Source: Escherichia coli
Lineage (GTDB): Bacteria > Pseudomonadota > Gammaproteobacteria > Enterobacterales > Enterobacteriaceae
Reading direction: 5' to 3' (one strand)
NCBI RefSeq assembly: GCF_044324875.1
Contig: NZ_CP172187.1
DNA length: 64,000 bases
In this document: one piece after another, positions 29,599-40,042 of the stretch
How positions within the stretch are numbered: position 1 is the first letter of the stretch
Layout: every line of letters begins with the position of its first letter
Program-made: the position numbers and the translations under genes
The notes under the pieces: model-generated
What the model saw: the letters and a program-made list of their open reading frames with translations, nothing else
Told to the model about the DNA's origin: nothing
Databases searched by the model: none

Positions 29599-30313
29599 TA
29601 CGGCAATAATATTCGGCGGCCTGTTTTTTTCCTGCAGCGTGATGGCCGCAAACGGTACGCTGGCCCCCACTGTGGTGCCAATGGTGAACGGTGGTCAGGC
29701 CAGTATTGCCATCAGCAATACCAGCCCGAATCTGTTTACCGTTCCCGGTGACCGGATTATCGCCGTGAACAGTCTGGATGGTGCCCTGACCAATAATGAG
29801 CAGACCTCCTCCGGCGGTGTGGTGGTGGCCACCGTCAACAAAAAGCCCTTTACGTTCATTCTGGAAACAGAACGTGGTCTGAATCTTTCCATTCAGGCCG
29901 TTCCCCGTGAAGGCGCGGGGCGTACCATTCAGCTGGTCAGTGACCTGCGCGGAACCGGAGAAGAAGCCGGTGCGTGGGAAACGTCCACGCCTTACGAATC
30001 CCTGCTTGTGACCATCAGCCAGGCTGTCCGTGGCGGAAAATTACCTGCAGGCTGGTATCAGGTTCCTGTGACAAAGGAAACCCTGCAGGCCCCGGCGGGG
30101 CTGTCTTCAGTGGCAGATGCCGTATGGACGGGGAATCACCTGAAGATGGTCCGCTTTACCGTGGAAAATAAAACGCTGTCTGCCCTGAATATCCGGGAAA
30201 GTGATTTCTGGCAGCCGGGAACCCGTGCCGTGATGTTCAGCCAGCCTGCCAGCCAGTTACTGGCAGGTGCGCGCATGGATGTGTATGTCATCCGTGACGG
30301 GGAGGGCAACTGA
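29585..30313 (+). CDS. traK: TraK (secretin-like)
   Basis: 242 aa; synteny. Confidence 0.85.
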
Positions 30314-31740
30314 TGGCCAGTATCAACACCATTGTGAAACGCAAGCAGTACCTGTGGCTGGGGATTGTGGTTGTCGGTGCAGCCTCCGCGATTGGTGGGG
30401 CACTGTATCTGTCTGATGTGGACATGTCCGGTAACGGTGAGGCGGTGGCTGAACAGGAGCCTGTACCGGATATGACCGGTGTGGTGGATACGACCTTTGA
30501 TGACAAGGTGCGTCAGCATGCCACCACAGAGATGCAGGTGACGGCAGCGCAGATGCAGAAGCAGTATGAGGAAATCCGTCGTGAGCTGGATGTCCTGAAC
30601 AAACAGCGCGGTGATGACCAGCGTCGTATTGAAAAGCTGGGACAGGATAATGCTGCCCTGGCAGAGCAGGTAAAAGCCCTGGGTGCAAATCCCGTCACCG
30701 CGACCGGTGAGCCAGTACCGCAGACGCCAGCCTCACCGCCCGGCCCGGAAGGCGAACCACAGCCAGGAAACACACCCGTATCTTTCCCGCCGCAGGGCAG
30801 CGTTGCTGTTCCACCGCCGACGGCGTTTTATCCCGGGAATGGTGTCACGCCACCACCACAGGTGACGTACCAGTCTGTGCCGGTGCCTAACCGGATACAG
30901 CGTAAGGTGTTTACCCGTAATGAGGGAAAACAGGGACCATCACTGCCGTACATTCCGTCAGGAAGTTTTGCGAAAGCCATGCTGATTGAAGGGGCGGATG
31001 CCAATGCCTCTGTCACCGGTAATGAATCCACGGTGCCGATGCAGCTGCGTATCACCGGCCTGGTGGAAATGCCGAACAGCAAGACGTATGACGCAACGGG
31101 ATGTTTTGTGGGTCTGGAAGCCTGGGGGGATGTGTCCAGTGAGCGTGCCATTGTACGCACCCGCAATATCAGCTGCCTGAAGGACGGCAAAACTATTGAT
31201 ATGCCGATTAAGGGGCATGTCAGCTTCCGGGGTAAAAACGGTATCAAGGGCGAAGTGGTGATGCGTAACGGCAAAATCCTCGGCTGGGCATGGGGCGCGG
31301 GATTTGTTGACGGTATCGGTCAGGGAATGGAGCGTGCCTCCCAGCCGGCTGTCGGGCTGGGTGCCACCGCTGCTTACGGGGCCGGCGATGTCCTTAAAAT
31401 GGGTATCGGTGGCGGCGCATCGAAAGCCGCACAGACGCTCAGTGACTACTACATCAAACGTGCCGAACAGTATCACCCGGTGATACCGATTGGTGCGGGC
31501 AACGAAGTGACCGTGGTGTTCCAGGACGGCTTCCAGCTGAAAACCGTGGAAGAGATGGCGCTGGAACGCACGCAGAGCAGAGCTGAAGAAGACAATCCGG
31601 AAAGTCCGGTTCCTGTTCCGCCATCGGCTGAAAGTCATCTTAACGGCTTTAATACTGACCAGATGCTGAAGCAGCTGGGCAACCTGAATCCGCAGCAGTT
31701 TATGTCCGGCAGCCAGGGAGGGGGCAACGATGGCAAATAA
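30313..31740 (+). CDS. traB: TraB (VirB10-like)
   Basis: 475 aa; Pro-rich linker; synteny. Confidence 0.85.
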   Translation: MASINTIVKRKQYLWLGIVVVGAASAIGGALYLSDVDMSGNGEAVAEQEPVPDMTGVVDTTFDDKVRQHATTEMQVTAAQMQKQYEEIRRELDVLNKQRGDDQRRIEKLGQDNAALAEQVKALGANPVTATGEPVPQTPASPPGPEGEPQPGNTPVSFPPQGSVAVPPPTAFYPGNGVTPPPQVTYQSVPVPNRIQRKVFTRNEGKQGPSLPYIPSGSFAKAMLIEGADANASVTGNESTVPMQLRITGLVEMPNSKTYDATGCFVGLEAWGDVSSERAIVRTRNISCLKDGKTIDMPIKGHVSFRGKNGIKGEVVMRNGKILGWAWGAGFVDGIGQGMERASQPAVGLGATAAYGAGDVLKMGIGGGASKAAQTLSDYYIKRAEQYHPVIPIGAGNEVTVVFQDGFQLKTVEEMALERTQSRAEEDNPESPVPVPPSAESHLNGFNTDQMLKQLGNLNPQQFMSGSQGGGNDGK

Positions 31741-32314
31741 TATGTCACTCCGTCAGATATGCCATGCCACCCGGTATGTTGTTGTCCGGGGCCTGTGTTG
31801 GTTGTTCTGGTGTCTGAAATACGCCGTCATTCTGCCACTGGCCACAATGGCCCTGATGGCTCTGTTTGTTTTATGGAAGGACAACACCACACCGGGAAAA
31901 TTACTGGTTCAGGAAATTGACTTCGTAAGACAAACAGCCCCTGCCGGGCAGTTTCCTGTAAGAGAATGTTTGCCTTCTCTGCATGATCTTCCAGGAGCAG
32001 AAGAGAAAATCTGCCGTTACCGTGCTGCTGATGCTGCAGATTATGTCAGGGAGACTGACCGGTCACTGATGCAACTGGTCACCGCATTCTGGGCAACGCT
32101 GGCACTTATGTATATGTCGTTTGCGGCAGGCACCGGGAAATATCCGGTGCGACCCGGAAAAATGAAATGTGTCCGTGTGGCAACAGCAGATGAGCGTCTG
32201 AAGGAAGTTCTTGCAGAAGACACTTCCCTGCCGGGAAAAATCAGGGAATGCCATGTTTATTTCCCTGATGACAGAACAATCAGAAACAACGGAGATAAAA
32301 ATGAACATGCGTAA
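31730..32314 (+). CDS. traP: TraP
   Basis: 194 aa; synteny. Confidence 0.75.
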   Translation: MANNMSLRQICHATRYVVVRGLCWLFWCLKYAVILPLATMALMALFVLWKDNTTPGKLLVQEIDFVRQTAPAGQFPVRECLPSLHDLPGAEEKICRYRAADAADYVRETDRSLMQLVTAFWATLALMYMSFAAGTGKYPVRPGKMKCVRVATADERLKEVLAEDTSLPGKIRECHVYFPDDRTIRNNGDKNEHA

Positions 32315-32621
32315 TATTAATGTTATTACTGCCCGCTCTGTACCGGATAAAAGCGTATCAGATGATTTTATGCATGCTGTTCTCAGTAACTGCACCACAA
32401 GAATCGTACTTCCTGCACCGAAGGAATTCAGTTCTGAATCATTGCCGCACAATTTTAATATGGCTGCTGTCGGTGTGATGAAGAAGGGTATGTCGATGAG
32501 CTTATTTTCTTCTCCGGGGCATATTGTGGTTGCCGGACAATCCGGTGGCGGAAAATCTGTTCCGGTGAAAGAACTAATCGACAGAATTATTCAGAAATAT
32601 AAGGAACCCTTCGATGAATAA
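32301..32621 (+). CDS. trbD: TrbD-like (larger than F TrbD)
   Basis: Start at ATG after GGAGA RBS; position. Confidence 0.6.
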   Translation: MNMRNINVITARSVPDKSVSDDFMHAVLSNCTTRIVLPAPKEFSSESLPHNFNMAAVGVMKKGMSMSLFSSPGHIVVAGQSGGGKSVPVKELIDRIIQKYKEPFDE

Positions 32622-32865
32622 GCTGGTTTCTGATGGCAGCGTCAAAAAAATAAATTATCCGGTGCTGTATGAATCCGGAATAACACCTCCGTTATGTGAA
32701 GTCAGTGCGCCAGAACCTGATGCGGGGGGGAAACGCATTGTGGCATATGTTTATAAATCATCACGGAATACGGTTTTTGAAAATCCTGACATTGTAAAAA
32801 CCTGTACGGTCAGGGATTTGAAGAATGATTTTGTGAACTGCGATGAGAAAGGTGAGGGACAATGA
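32614..32865 (+). CDS. trbG: TrbG
   Basis: 83 aa; position. Confidence 0.7.
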   Translation: MNKLVSDGSVKKINYPVLYESGITPPLCEVSAPEPDAGGKRIVAYVYKSSRNTVFENPDIVKTCTVRDLKNDFVNCDEKGEGQ

Positions 32866-33377
32866 AACAGATTTCTTTATTTATTCCTCTGCTGGGGACC
32901 TTATTACTTTCCGGCTGTGCCGGAACCAGTACGGAATTTGAGTGTAACGCCACCACATCCGATACCTGTATGACGATGGAGCAGGCCAATGAGAAGGCCA
33001 AAAAACTGGAGCAGTCCTCAGAAGCAAAGCCGGTTGCGGCATCACTGCCGCGCCTGGCTGAAGGGAACTTCCGGACAATGCCGGTGCAGACCATTACCGC
33101 GACCACTCCGTCCGGCAGCAGACCTGCGGTGACAGCACATCCGGAGCAGAAACTGCTGGCACCACGCCCGCTGTTTACCGCTGCCCGGGAAGTGAAAACG
33201 GTTGTTCCGGTCAGTTCAGTTACGCCGGTAACACCTCCTCGTCCGCTAAGAACGGGTGAGCAGACGGCAGCATTATGGATAGCGCCTTATATTGATAACC
33301 AGGATGTTTATCATCAGCCATCCAGCGTGTTTTTTGTTATTAAACCGTCTGCGTGGGGAAAGCCACGTATTAATTAA
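32862..33377 (+). CDS. traV: TraV lipoprotein
   Basis: 171 aa; lipobox LLLSGC. Confidence 0.85.
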   Translation: MKQISLFIPLLGTLLLSGCAGTSTEFECNATTSDTCMTMEQANEKAKKLEQSSEAKPVAASLPRLAEGNFRTMPVQTITATTPSGSRPAVTAHPEQKLLAPRPLFTAAREVKTVVPVSSVTPVTPPRPLRTGEQTAALWIAPYIDNQDVYHQPSSVFFVIKPSAWGKPRIN

Positions 33378-33511
33378 CTGGCCCTGAAGTTGTATATCAG
33401 CCGGCAATGTCGGCGGGCTTTCTGTATTCAAAATCTGCCTGTAAAACGAGTGCCCTGTGCGTGAAAAGGGATGGGCGGTAGCGTGTCAGAACATGTCGGG
33501 AGGAATATTCC

Positions 33512-33733
33512 GTGAGTGATGAAGCCGATGAAGCATATTCAGTGACAGAACAACTGACCATGACAGGAATAAACCTGATACGCCAGAAAATAAATGCTCA
33601 TGGTATTCCTGTTTATCTCTGTGAAGCATGCGGAAATCCTATTCCGGAAGCCCGGCGGAAAATATTTCCCGGTGTGACGTTGTGCGTTGAATGTCAGGCG
33701 TATCAGGAAAGGCAGAGGAAACACTATGCATAA
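33512..33733 (+). CDS. traR: TraR (DksA/TraR zinc-finger)
   Basis: 73 aa; CEACGNPIPEARRKIFPGVTLCVEC zinc finger. Confidence 0.85.
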   Translation: MSDEADEAYSVTEQLTMTGINLIRQKINAHGIPVYLCEACGNPIPEARRKIFPGVTLCVECQAYQERQRKHYA

Positions 33734-34199
33734 ATCAGAAGCTGAAAAAATAGATTCTATTCTGGATGAACATCAACAGATATATCGCAGACATAACCGA
33801 ATAGATAACATCCTGGCGTTTTGTGCGTGTATTGCATGGGTTCCCTGTATTATTGCTGCGTTCGGCGTTGATGGTATATATCTGAAAATACTGTTTGCGG
33901 TCCTTGCCTGCTGTGGTGCGGTATGCTTTTTTATTTTCTTCTTCACCCTCCTGCCGGAATCACTCATGGTCCTCAGCCGTCAGAGCCTGCTTCAGCTTAT
34001 GCGTCTGACTGAAGACGTACCGGATGCGAGACAGGAACTGCTTAACCGTCTGCTGTCCGGTAAAAAACTGACTGGTCGGGATGAACAGGATATCCGGCGT
34101 CTCTGGCAGGAGAAAGTGGATGCAATGCAGGAGTCTGCCACCCGTCAGCGTGAACAGGATACTATTCGGAAGTTTACTGAAGGGAATAAATCCGAATGA
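33726..34199 (+). CDS. hypothetical membrane protein (non-core, traR-traC interval)
   Basis: 157 aa; AGAGGA RBS; two hydrophobic segments. Confidence 0.55.
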   Translation: MHKSEAEKIDSILDEHQQIYRRHNRIDNILAFCACIAWVPCIIAAFGVDGIYLKILFAVLACCGAVCFFIFFFTLLPESLMVLSRQSLLQLMRLTEDVPDARQELLNRLLSGKKLTGRDEQDIRRLWQEKVDAMQESATRQREQDTIRKFTEGNKSE

Positions 34200-34247
34200 G
34201 AATCTGCAGTGTTTTATGACCTCATAAGTTAACTGAAGGGATATTCA

Positions 34248-34493
34248 GTGATTAATATACAAGCGGAGATAATAAAGAATGCATACCTTTATTTTTCTTG
34301 TGCTGATAAAAATATTAACGGTGGCGGAAGCTGGAATATTACACCCATGCCAAATACGGACGTATGCGTGCAGGTTCTTCGGACAATCGAGTCACACGGA
34401 GGCAGGGGATTTGGAAATACAGGGGAATGTATTGAAGTTAAAACAAATAAACCTTTGAACAACGTGATGGATACACTGAATGGGGGGCAATGA
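34248..34493 (+). CDS. hypothetical protein (81 aa, GTG start)
   Basis: ORF only; weak RBS. Confidence 0.35.
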   Translation: MINIQAEIIKNAYLYFSCADKNINGGGSWNITPMPNTDVCVQVLRTIESHGGRGFGNTGECIEVKTNKPLNNVMDTLNGGQ

Positions 34494-34520
34494 GTGCTTA
34501 CTGCTTCAAAGGAAAATGAA

Positions 34521-34883
34521 ATGAAGTCGATATATTTAGAATCTGTTCTGGCTTTTATATTTGTTGGCGTTATGGCTATGTTGATATGTGGTCTTTTTTA
34601 CAATGACTACCTTGAGCAACAACCTGCAACACCAGAACAACTGAGAGAGATTACACAGGATATCCCCTGTGCAGCAGAAGCATTTAAGGAAGCTATTAAG
34701 TCTGACACATCTGATTATCAGCCTGAACCTTTAAGTCTTGGTAAGGCAAAAGAGCTTGCATCAGCGTGTAGAGAAAGAAACGAAATGGCAGAGGTGAAAC
34801 GGGTAAGAGAAAATGAGCGCAATAAGATTCGCGAAAAACAAATTCAGGCATTAAATGATGCTCATTCAGTAAAGGAACGTTAA
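34521..34883 (+). CDS. hypothetical membrane-anchored protein (120 aa)
   Basis: ATG after AAGGAAAA RBS; N-terminal TM segment. Confidence 0.5.
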   Translation: MKSIYLESVLAFIFVGVMAMLICGLFYNDYLEQQPATPEQLREITQDIPCAAEAFKEAIKSDTSDYQPEPLSLGKAKELASACRERNEMAEVKRVRENERNKIREKQIQALNDAHSVKER

Positions 34884-35008
34884 TCCTGGTTTCCTGTTAA
34901 AAGCCTCCATCTCTTATTTGTGCTGTGGTTTCAGGAATGGCACTGCGTGATATATCCACGGCCACAGACTGATATTTTCCTTTTTTAAACGCACTAAGGA
35001 ATACGCAT

Positions 35009-37639
35009 ATGAGTAATAACCCACTTGAGGCCGTCACTCAGGCGGTTAACTCCCTCGTCACAGCACTGAAACTGCCTGACGAATCAGCAAAGGCCAATGA
35101 AGTGCTGGGCGAAATGAGCTTCCCGCAGTTCAGCCGTCTGCTGCCGTACCGTGATTACAACCAGGAATCCGGTCTGTTCATGAATGACACCACGATGGGC
35201 TTTATGCTGGAAGCCATTCCCATCAATGGGGCGAATAAGTCCATTGTGGAGGCACTCGATCACATGCTGCGCACCAAACTGCCGCGCGATATTCCGTTGT
35301 GTATCCATCTGATGTCCAGTCAGCTGGTTGGTGACAGGATTGAATACGGGCTGCGTGAGTTCTCCTGGTCAGGTGAACAGGCTGAACGGTTTAACGCCAT
35401 TACCCGGGCCTATTATATGAAAGCGGCAGCGACACAGTTTCCGCTGCCGGAGGGGATGAATCTGGCCCTGACCCTGCGCCATTACCGGGTGTTTATCTCG
35501 TACTGTTCTCCTTCGAAGAAAAAAAGCCGGGCCGACATTCTGGAAATGGAAAACCTGGTGAAAATCATCCGGGCGTCGTTACAGGGGGCCAGTATCACCA
35601 CACAGACGGTGGATGCACAGGCCTTTATCGATATTGTCGGGGAGATGATTAACCATAACCCGGACTCCCTGTACCCGAAAAGACGTCAGCTGGACCCGTA
35701 TTCTGATCTGAATTATCAGTGTGTGGAGGACAGTTTTGATCTGAAAGTCCGGGCTGATTACCTGACGCTGGGCCTGCGTGAGAACGGCAGGAACAGCACG
35801 GCCCGCATCCTGAATTTCCATCTGGCCCGTAACCCGGAAATCGCCTTCCTGTGGAACATGGCCGACAACTACAGCAACCTGCTGAACCCGGAACTGTCCA
35901 TCTCCTGTCCGTTCATCCTGACGCTGACTCTGGTGGTGGAAGACCAGGTGAAAACCCACAGCGAAGCCAACCTGAAGTACATGGACCTGGAGAAAAAGTC
36001 GAAGACCTCCTATGCCAAATGGTTTCCGTCCGTGGAGAAAGAGGCGAAGGAGTGGGGGGAACTGCGTCAGCGGCTGGGCTCCGGTCAGTCCTCCGTGGTG
36101 TCCTACTTCCTCAACATCACAGCATTCTGCAAGGACAATAATGAAACGGCGCTGAAAGTGGAGCAGGACATCCTGAACAGCTTTCGTAAAAACGGTTTTG
36201 AGCTGATTTCACCGCGCTTTAACCACATGCGCAATTTCCTGACCTGCCTGCCCTTTATGGCCGGGAAAGGGCTGTTTAAACAGCTGAAAGAGGCCGGAGT
36301 GGTTCAGCGCGCAGAGAGCTTTAATGTGGCCAACCTGATGCCGTTAGTGGCGGATAACCCCCTGACACCGGCAGGTCTGCTGGCACCCACCTACCGTAAC
36401 CAGCTGGCGTTTATCGATATTTTCTTCCGGGGGATGAATAACACCAATTACAACATGGCGGTCTGTGGCACCTCCGGGGCCGGTAAAACCGGGCTGATAC
36501 AGCCACTTATCCGCAGCGTGCTGGACTCCGGGGGCTTTGCCGTGGTGTTCGACATGGGGGATGGCTACAAGTCCCTGTGTGAGAACATGGGGGGCGTATA
36601 TCTGGACGGTGAAACCCTGCGCTTTAACCCGTTTGCGAACATCACCGATATTGACCAGTCAGCGGAGCGTGTCCGCGACCAGCTGTCGGTGATGGCCAGC
36701 CCCAACGGTAACCTGGATGAAGTGCATGAAGGTCTGCTGCTGCAGGCGGTCAGGGCATCATGGCTGGCCAAAGAGAACAGGGCTCGTATTGATGACGTGG
36801 TGGATTTCCTGAAAAACGCCAGTGACAGCGAGCAGTATGCCGGGTCACCGACTATCCGCAGCCGTCTGGACGAAATGATTGTGCTGCTTGACCAGTACAC
36901 TGCCAACGGCACTTACGGCCAGTATTTTAACTCTGATGAGCCGTCCCTGCGGGATGACGCAAAAATGGTGGTGCTGGAGCTGGGCGGACTGGAAGACCGT
37001 CCGTCACTGCTGGTTGCGGTGATGTTCTCCCTGATTATCTACATCGAGAACAGGATGTACCGCACGCCGCGTAACCTCAAGAAACTGAACGTTATTGATG
37101 AAGGCTGGCGTCTGCTGGACTTCAAAAATCACAAGGTCGGTGAATTTATTGAGAAAGGCTACCGTACGGCCCGCCGTCATACCGGTGCCTATATCACCAT
37201 CACACAGAACATCGTCGACTTTGACTCTGACAAGGCCTCCAGTGCTGCCCGCGCGGCATGGGGTAACTCCTCCTACAAAATTATCCTCAGACAGAGTGCG
37301 AAGGAGTTCGCGAAATACAACCAGCTGTATCCGGACCAGTTCCAGCCACTGCAGCGCGACATGATTGGTAAGTTTGGTGCGGCCAAAGACCAGTGGTTCA
37401 GTTCCTTCCTGCTGCAGGTGGAAAACCATTCCTCCTGGCACCGCCTGTTTGTGGACCCGTTAAGCCGCGCCATGTACAGCTCTGACGGCCCGGATTTTGA
37501 GTTTGTGCAGCAGAAACGTAAAGAGGGGCTGAGTATTCATGAGGCGGTGTGGCAGCTGGCGTGGAAGAAGTCAGGGCCGGAGATGGCTTCGCTGGAAGCC
37601 TGGCTGGAAGAACATGAGAAATACAGGAGTGTTGCATGA
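35009..37639 (+). CDS. traC: TraC (VirB4-like ATPase)
   Basis: 876 aa; Walker A GTSGAGKT. Confidence 0.9.
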   Translation: MSNNPLEAVTQAVNSLVTALKLPDESAKANEVLGEMSFPQFSRLLPYRDYNQESGLFMNDTTMGFMLEAIPINGANKSIVEALDHMLRTKLPRDIPLCIHLMSSQLVGDRIEYGLREFSWSGEQAERFNAITRAYYMKAAATQFPLPEGMNLALTLRHYRVFISYCSPSKKKSRADILEMENLVKIIRASLQGASITTQTVDAQAFIDIVGEMINHNPDSLYPKRRQLDPYSDLNYQCVEDSFDLKVRADYLTLGLRENGRNSTARILNFHLARNPEIAFLWNMADNYSNLLNPELSISCPFILTLTLVVEDQVKTHSEANLKYMDLEKKSKTSYAKWFPSVEKEAKEWGELRQRLGSGQSSVVSYFLNITAFCKDNNETALKVEQDILNSFRKNGFELISPRFNHMRNFLTCLPFMAGKGLFKQLKEAGVVQRAESFNVANLMPLVADNPLTPAGLLAPTYRNQLAFIDIFFRGMNNTNYNMAVCGTSGAGKTGLIQPLIRSVLDSGGFAVVFDMGDGYKSLCENMGGVYLDGETLRFNPFANITDIDQSAERVRDQLSVMASPNGNLDEVHEGLLLQAVRASWLAKENRARIDDVVDFLKNASDSEQYAGSPTIRSRLDEMIVLLDQYTANGTYGQYFNSDEPSLRDDAKMVVLELGGLEDRPSLLVAVMFSLIIYIENRMYRTPRNLKKLNVIDEGWRLLDFKNHKVGEFIEKGYRTARRHTGAYITITQNIVDFDSDKASSAARAAWGNSSYKIILRQSAKEFAKYNQLYPDQFQPLQRDMIGKFGAAKDQWFSSFLLQVENHSSWHRLFVDPLSRAMYSSDGPDFEFVQQKRKEGLSIHEAVWQLAWKKSGPEMASLEAWLEEHEKYRSVA

Positions 37640-38022
37640 CCATAACGCAAAAAACGACGGATGTTACAGCCCCCCGACGCAGCCACTGGTGGTGGACGGT
37701 GCCGGGATACCTGGCAATGGTGTTACTGAACGCAGCCATCAGTTACGGCATTGTCAGACTGAACGCACCGGTGACTGCCGCCTTCAACATGAAACAGACC
37801 GTGGATGCGTTTTTTGACAGCGCCAGTCAGAAACAACTGTCAGAAGCACAGTCAAAAGCCCTTTCAGCGCGTTTTAACACGGCACTGGAAGCCAGCCTGC
37901 AGGCGTGGCAGCAGAAACACCACGCGGTCATTCTGGTGTCGCCTGCTGTGGTACAGGGGGCACCGGATATCACCCGGGAAATCCAGCAGGATATTGCCCG
38001 GCGAATGAGGGCGGAGCCATGA
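37636..38022 (+). CDS. trbI: TrbI
   Basis: 128 aa; synteny. Confidence 0.8.
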   Translation: MTITQKTTDVTAPRRSHWWWTVPGYLAMVLLNAAISYGIVRLNAPVTAAFNMKQTVDAFFDSASQKQLSEAQSKALSARFNTALEASLQAWQQKHHAVILVSPAVVQGAPDITREIQQDIARRMRAEP

Positions 38023-38651
38023 GATGCCGGGGGCTGATTGCCCTGCTGATATGGGGGCAGAGTGTGGCCGCCGCCGATCTTGGTACCTGGGGCGATCTGT
38101 GGCCGGTAAATGAGCCGGACATGCTGACGGTGATCATGCAGCGCCTGACGGCACTGGAGCAGTCCGGTGAGATGGGCCGGAAAATGGATGCCTTTAAGGA
38201 GCGGGTGATCCGCAACAGTCTGCGGCCCCCTGCCGTGCCCGGTATCGGACGCACGGAGAAATACGGCAGCCGGTTGTTTGACCCGTCCGTCAGACTGGCT
38301 GCGGATATCCGGGATAACGAAGGGCGGGTGTTTGCCCGTCAGGGTGAAGTGATGAATCCATTGCAGTATGTTCCTTTTAACCAGACGCTGTATTTCATCA
38401 ATGGCGATGATCCGGCGCAGGTGGCCTGGATGAAACGCCAGACGCCGCCCACACTGGAGAGCAAAATTATCCTCGTGCAGGGCAGTATCCCGGAGACGCA
38501 GAAGTCTCTGGACAACCGTGTTTACTTTGACCAGAACGGTGTGCTCTGCCAGCGCCTCGGCATTGATCAGGTCCCGGCACGGGTGAGCGCCGTTCCCGGC
38601 GATCGCTTCCTGAAGGTGGAATTTATTCCGGCAGAGGAGGGCAGAAAATGA
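38019..38651 (+). CDS. traW: TraW
   Basis: Start at MRCRGLIALL...; ATGA-coupled. Confidence 0.85.
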   Translation: MRCRGLIALLIWGQSVAAADLGTWGDLWPVNEPDMLTVIMQRLTALEQSGEMGRKMDAFKERVIRNSLRPPAVPGIGRTEKYGSRLFDPSVRLAADIRDNEGRVFARQGEVMNPLQYVPFNQTLYFINGDDPAQVAWMKRQTPPTLESKIILVQGSIPETQKSLDNRVYFDQNGVLCQRLGIDQVPARVSAVPGDRFLKVEFIPAEEGRK

Positions 38652-39640
38652 AGCGAAGCCTGTGGCTGCTGATGTTATTCCTTCTCGCCGGTCATGTCCC
38701 TGCAGCGTCTGCGGATTCTGCCTGTGAGGGGCGTTTTGTAAACCCGATCACGGATATCTGCTGGAGCTGTATTTTCCCGCTCTCGCTGGGCAGTATCAAA
38801 GTCAGTCAGGGTAAGGTCCCCGACACGGCGAACCCGTCGATGCCCATTCAGATTTGTCCGGCACCGCCGCCGCTGTTCAGGCGTATCGGGCTGGCCATTG
38901 GTTACTGGGAGCCGATGGCGCTGACGGACGTCACCCGATCACCGGGATGCATGGTTAACCTGGGCTTCAGCCTGCCGGCTTTTGGTAAAACGGCACAGGG
39001 AACGGCGAAAAAGGATGAGAAGCAGGTGAACGGGGCGTTCTATCACGTTCACTGGTACAAATACCCGCTGACGTACTGGCTTAACATCATCACATCGCTG
39101 GGCTGTCTGGAAGGTGGTGACCTGGATATCGCTTATCTTTCTGAAATCGACCCCACCTGGACGGACAGCAGCCTGACCACCATTCTCAATCCGGAAGCTG
39201 TCATCTTTGCCAATCCGATAGCACAGGGGGCCTGTGCAGCAGATGCCATTGCCAGCGCCTTTAATATGCCTCTCGATGTTCTGTTCTGGTGTGCCGGTTC
39301 GCAGGGCAGTATGTACCCGTTCAATGGCTGGGTGAGTAATGAGTCCAGTCCGTTGCAGTCCTCCCTGCTGGTCAGTGAACGCATGGCGTTCAAGCTGCAC
39401 CGTCAGGGCATGATTATGGAAACCATCGGGAAAAATAACGCCGTCTGTAATGAATATCCGTCCCCAATCCTGCCCAAAGAACGCTGGCGTTACCAGATGG
39501 TGAATATGTACCCGGACAGCGGACAGTGCCACCCGTTCGGGCGCAGTGTGACCCGCTGGGAGACGGGAAAAAATCCGCCCAACACAAAGAAAAACTTCGG
39601 CTACCTGATGTGGCGTAAACGTAACTGTGTGTTCCTGTAA
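38648..39640 (+). CDS. traU: TraU
   Basis: 330 aa; synteny. Confidence 0.85.
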   Translation: MKRSLWLLMLFLLAGHVPAASADSACEGRFVNPITDICWSCIFPLSLGSIKVSQGKVPDTANPSMPIQICPAPPPLFRRIGLAIGYWEPMALTDVTRSPGCMVNLGFSLPAFGKTAQGTAKKDEKQVNGAFYHVHWYKYPLTYWLNIITSLGCLEGGDLDIAYLSEIDPTWTDSSLTTILNPEAVIFANPIAQGACAADAIASAFNMPLDVLFWCAGSQGSMYPFNGWVSNESSPLQSSLLVSERMAFKLHRQGMIMETIGKNNAVCNEYPSPILPKERWRYQMVNMYPDSGQCHPFGRSVTRWETGKNPPNTKKNFGYLMWRKRNCVFL

Positions 39641-39668
39641 GTCATGTTAATCAATAAGAGGATCGATT

Positions 39669-39980
39669 ATGAAGGTGGGGGTAATAAGAAATAAGCACGC
39701 AGAGGACTTCAGAAAAATATGTCTTCTGTTTATCCGGTTAACGAGCAATGTATTAAAACTGTTTCCTTTTGCTATGGTGATGTGCTCTGTGGTGTGGTTT
39801 TATTTTTGCCCTGAACATATTCTCTCAGACATTGTTAACGACTGGCACGATGCAGATACACTGGAAAAAATACGGATTGTCAGACTGTATCTGAAGACGT
39901 CTTTTATTCTGACAGTGGTGGGCGTTGTTATTTCATATCTTTCTTCAGATAAGTTTATGCCCGTTAAGCGCAGGAAATGA
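39669..39980 (+). CDS. hypothetical small membrane protein (non-core, AT-rich)
   Basis: 103 aa; AGAGGA RBS; two hydrophobic segments. Confidence 0.5.
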   Translation: MKVGVIRNKHAEDFRKICLLFIRLTSNVLKLFPFAMVMCSVVWFYFCPEHILSDIVNDWHDADTLEKIRIVRLYLKTSFILTVVGVVISYLSSDKFMPVKRRK

Positions 39981-40042
39981 GTCTGGCGGTTCTCATAAAT
40001 ATAACCGTGTGTGCATGTGTACAATATAAGTAAAGGTGCGTT

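Noticed and set aside
32301-32621. Walker A-like motif GQSGGGKS in the TrbD-like protein
   Set aside because: Protein is about 106 aa, too small for a P-loop NTPase fold; probably a chance match.
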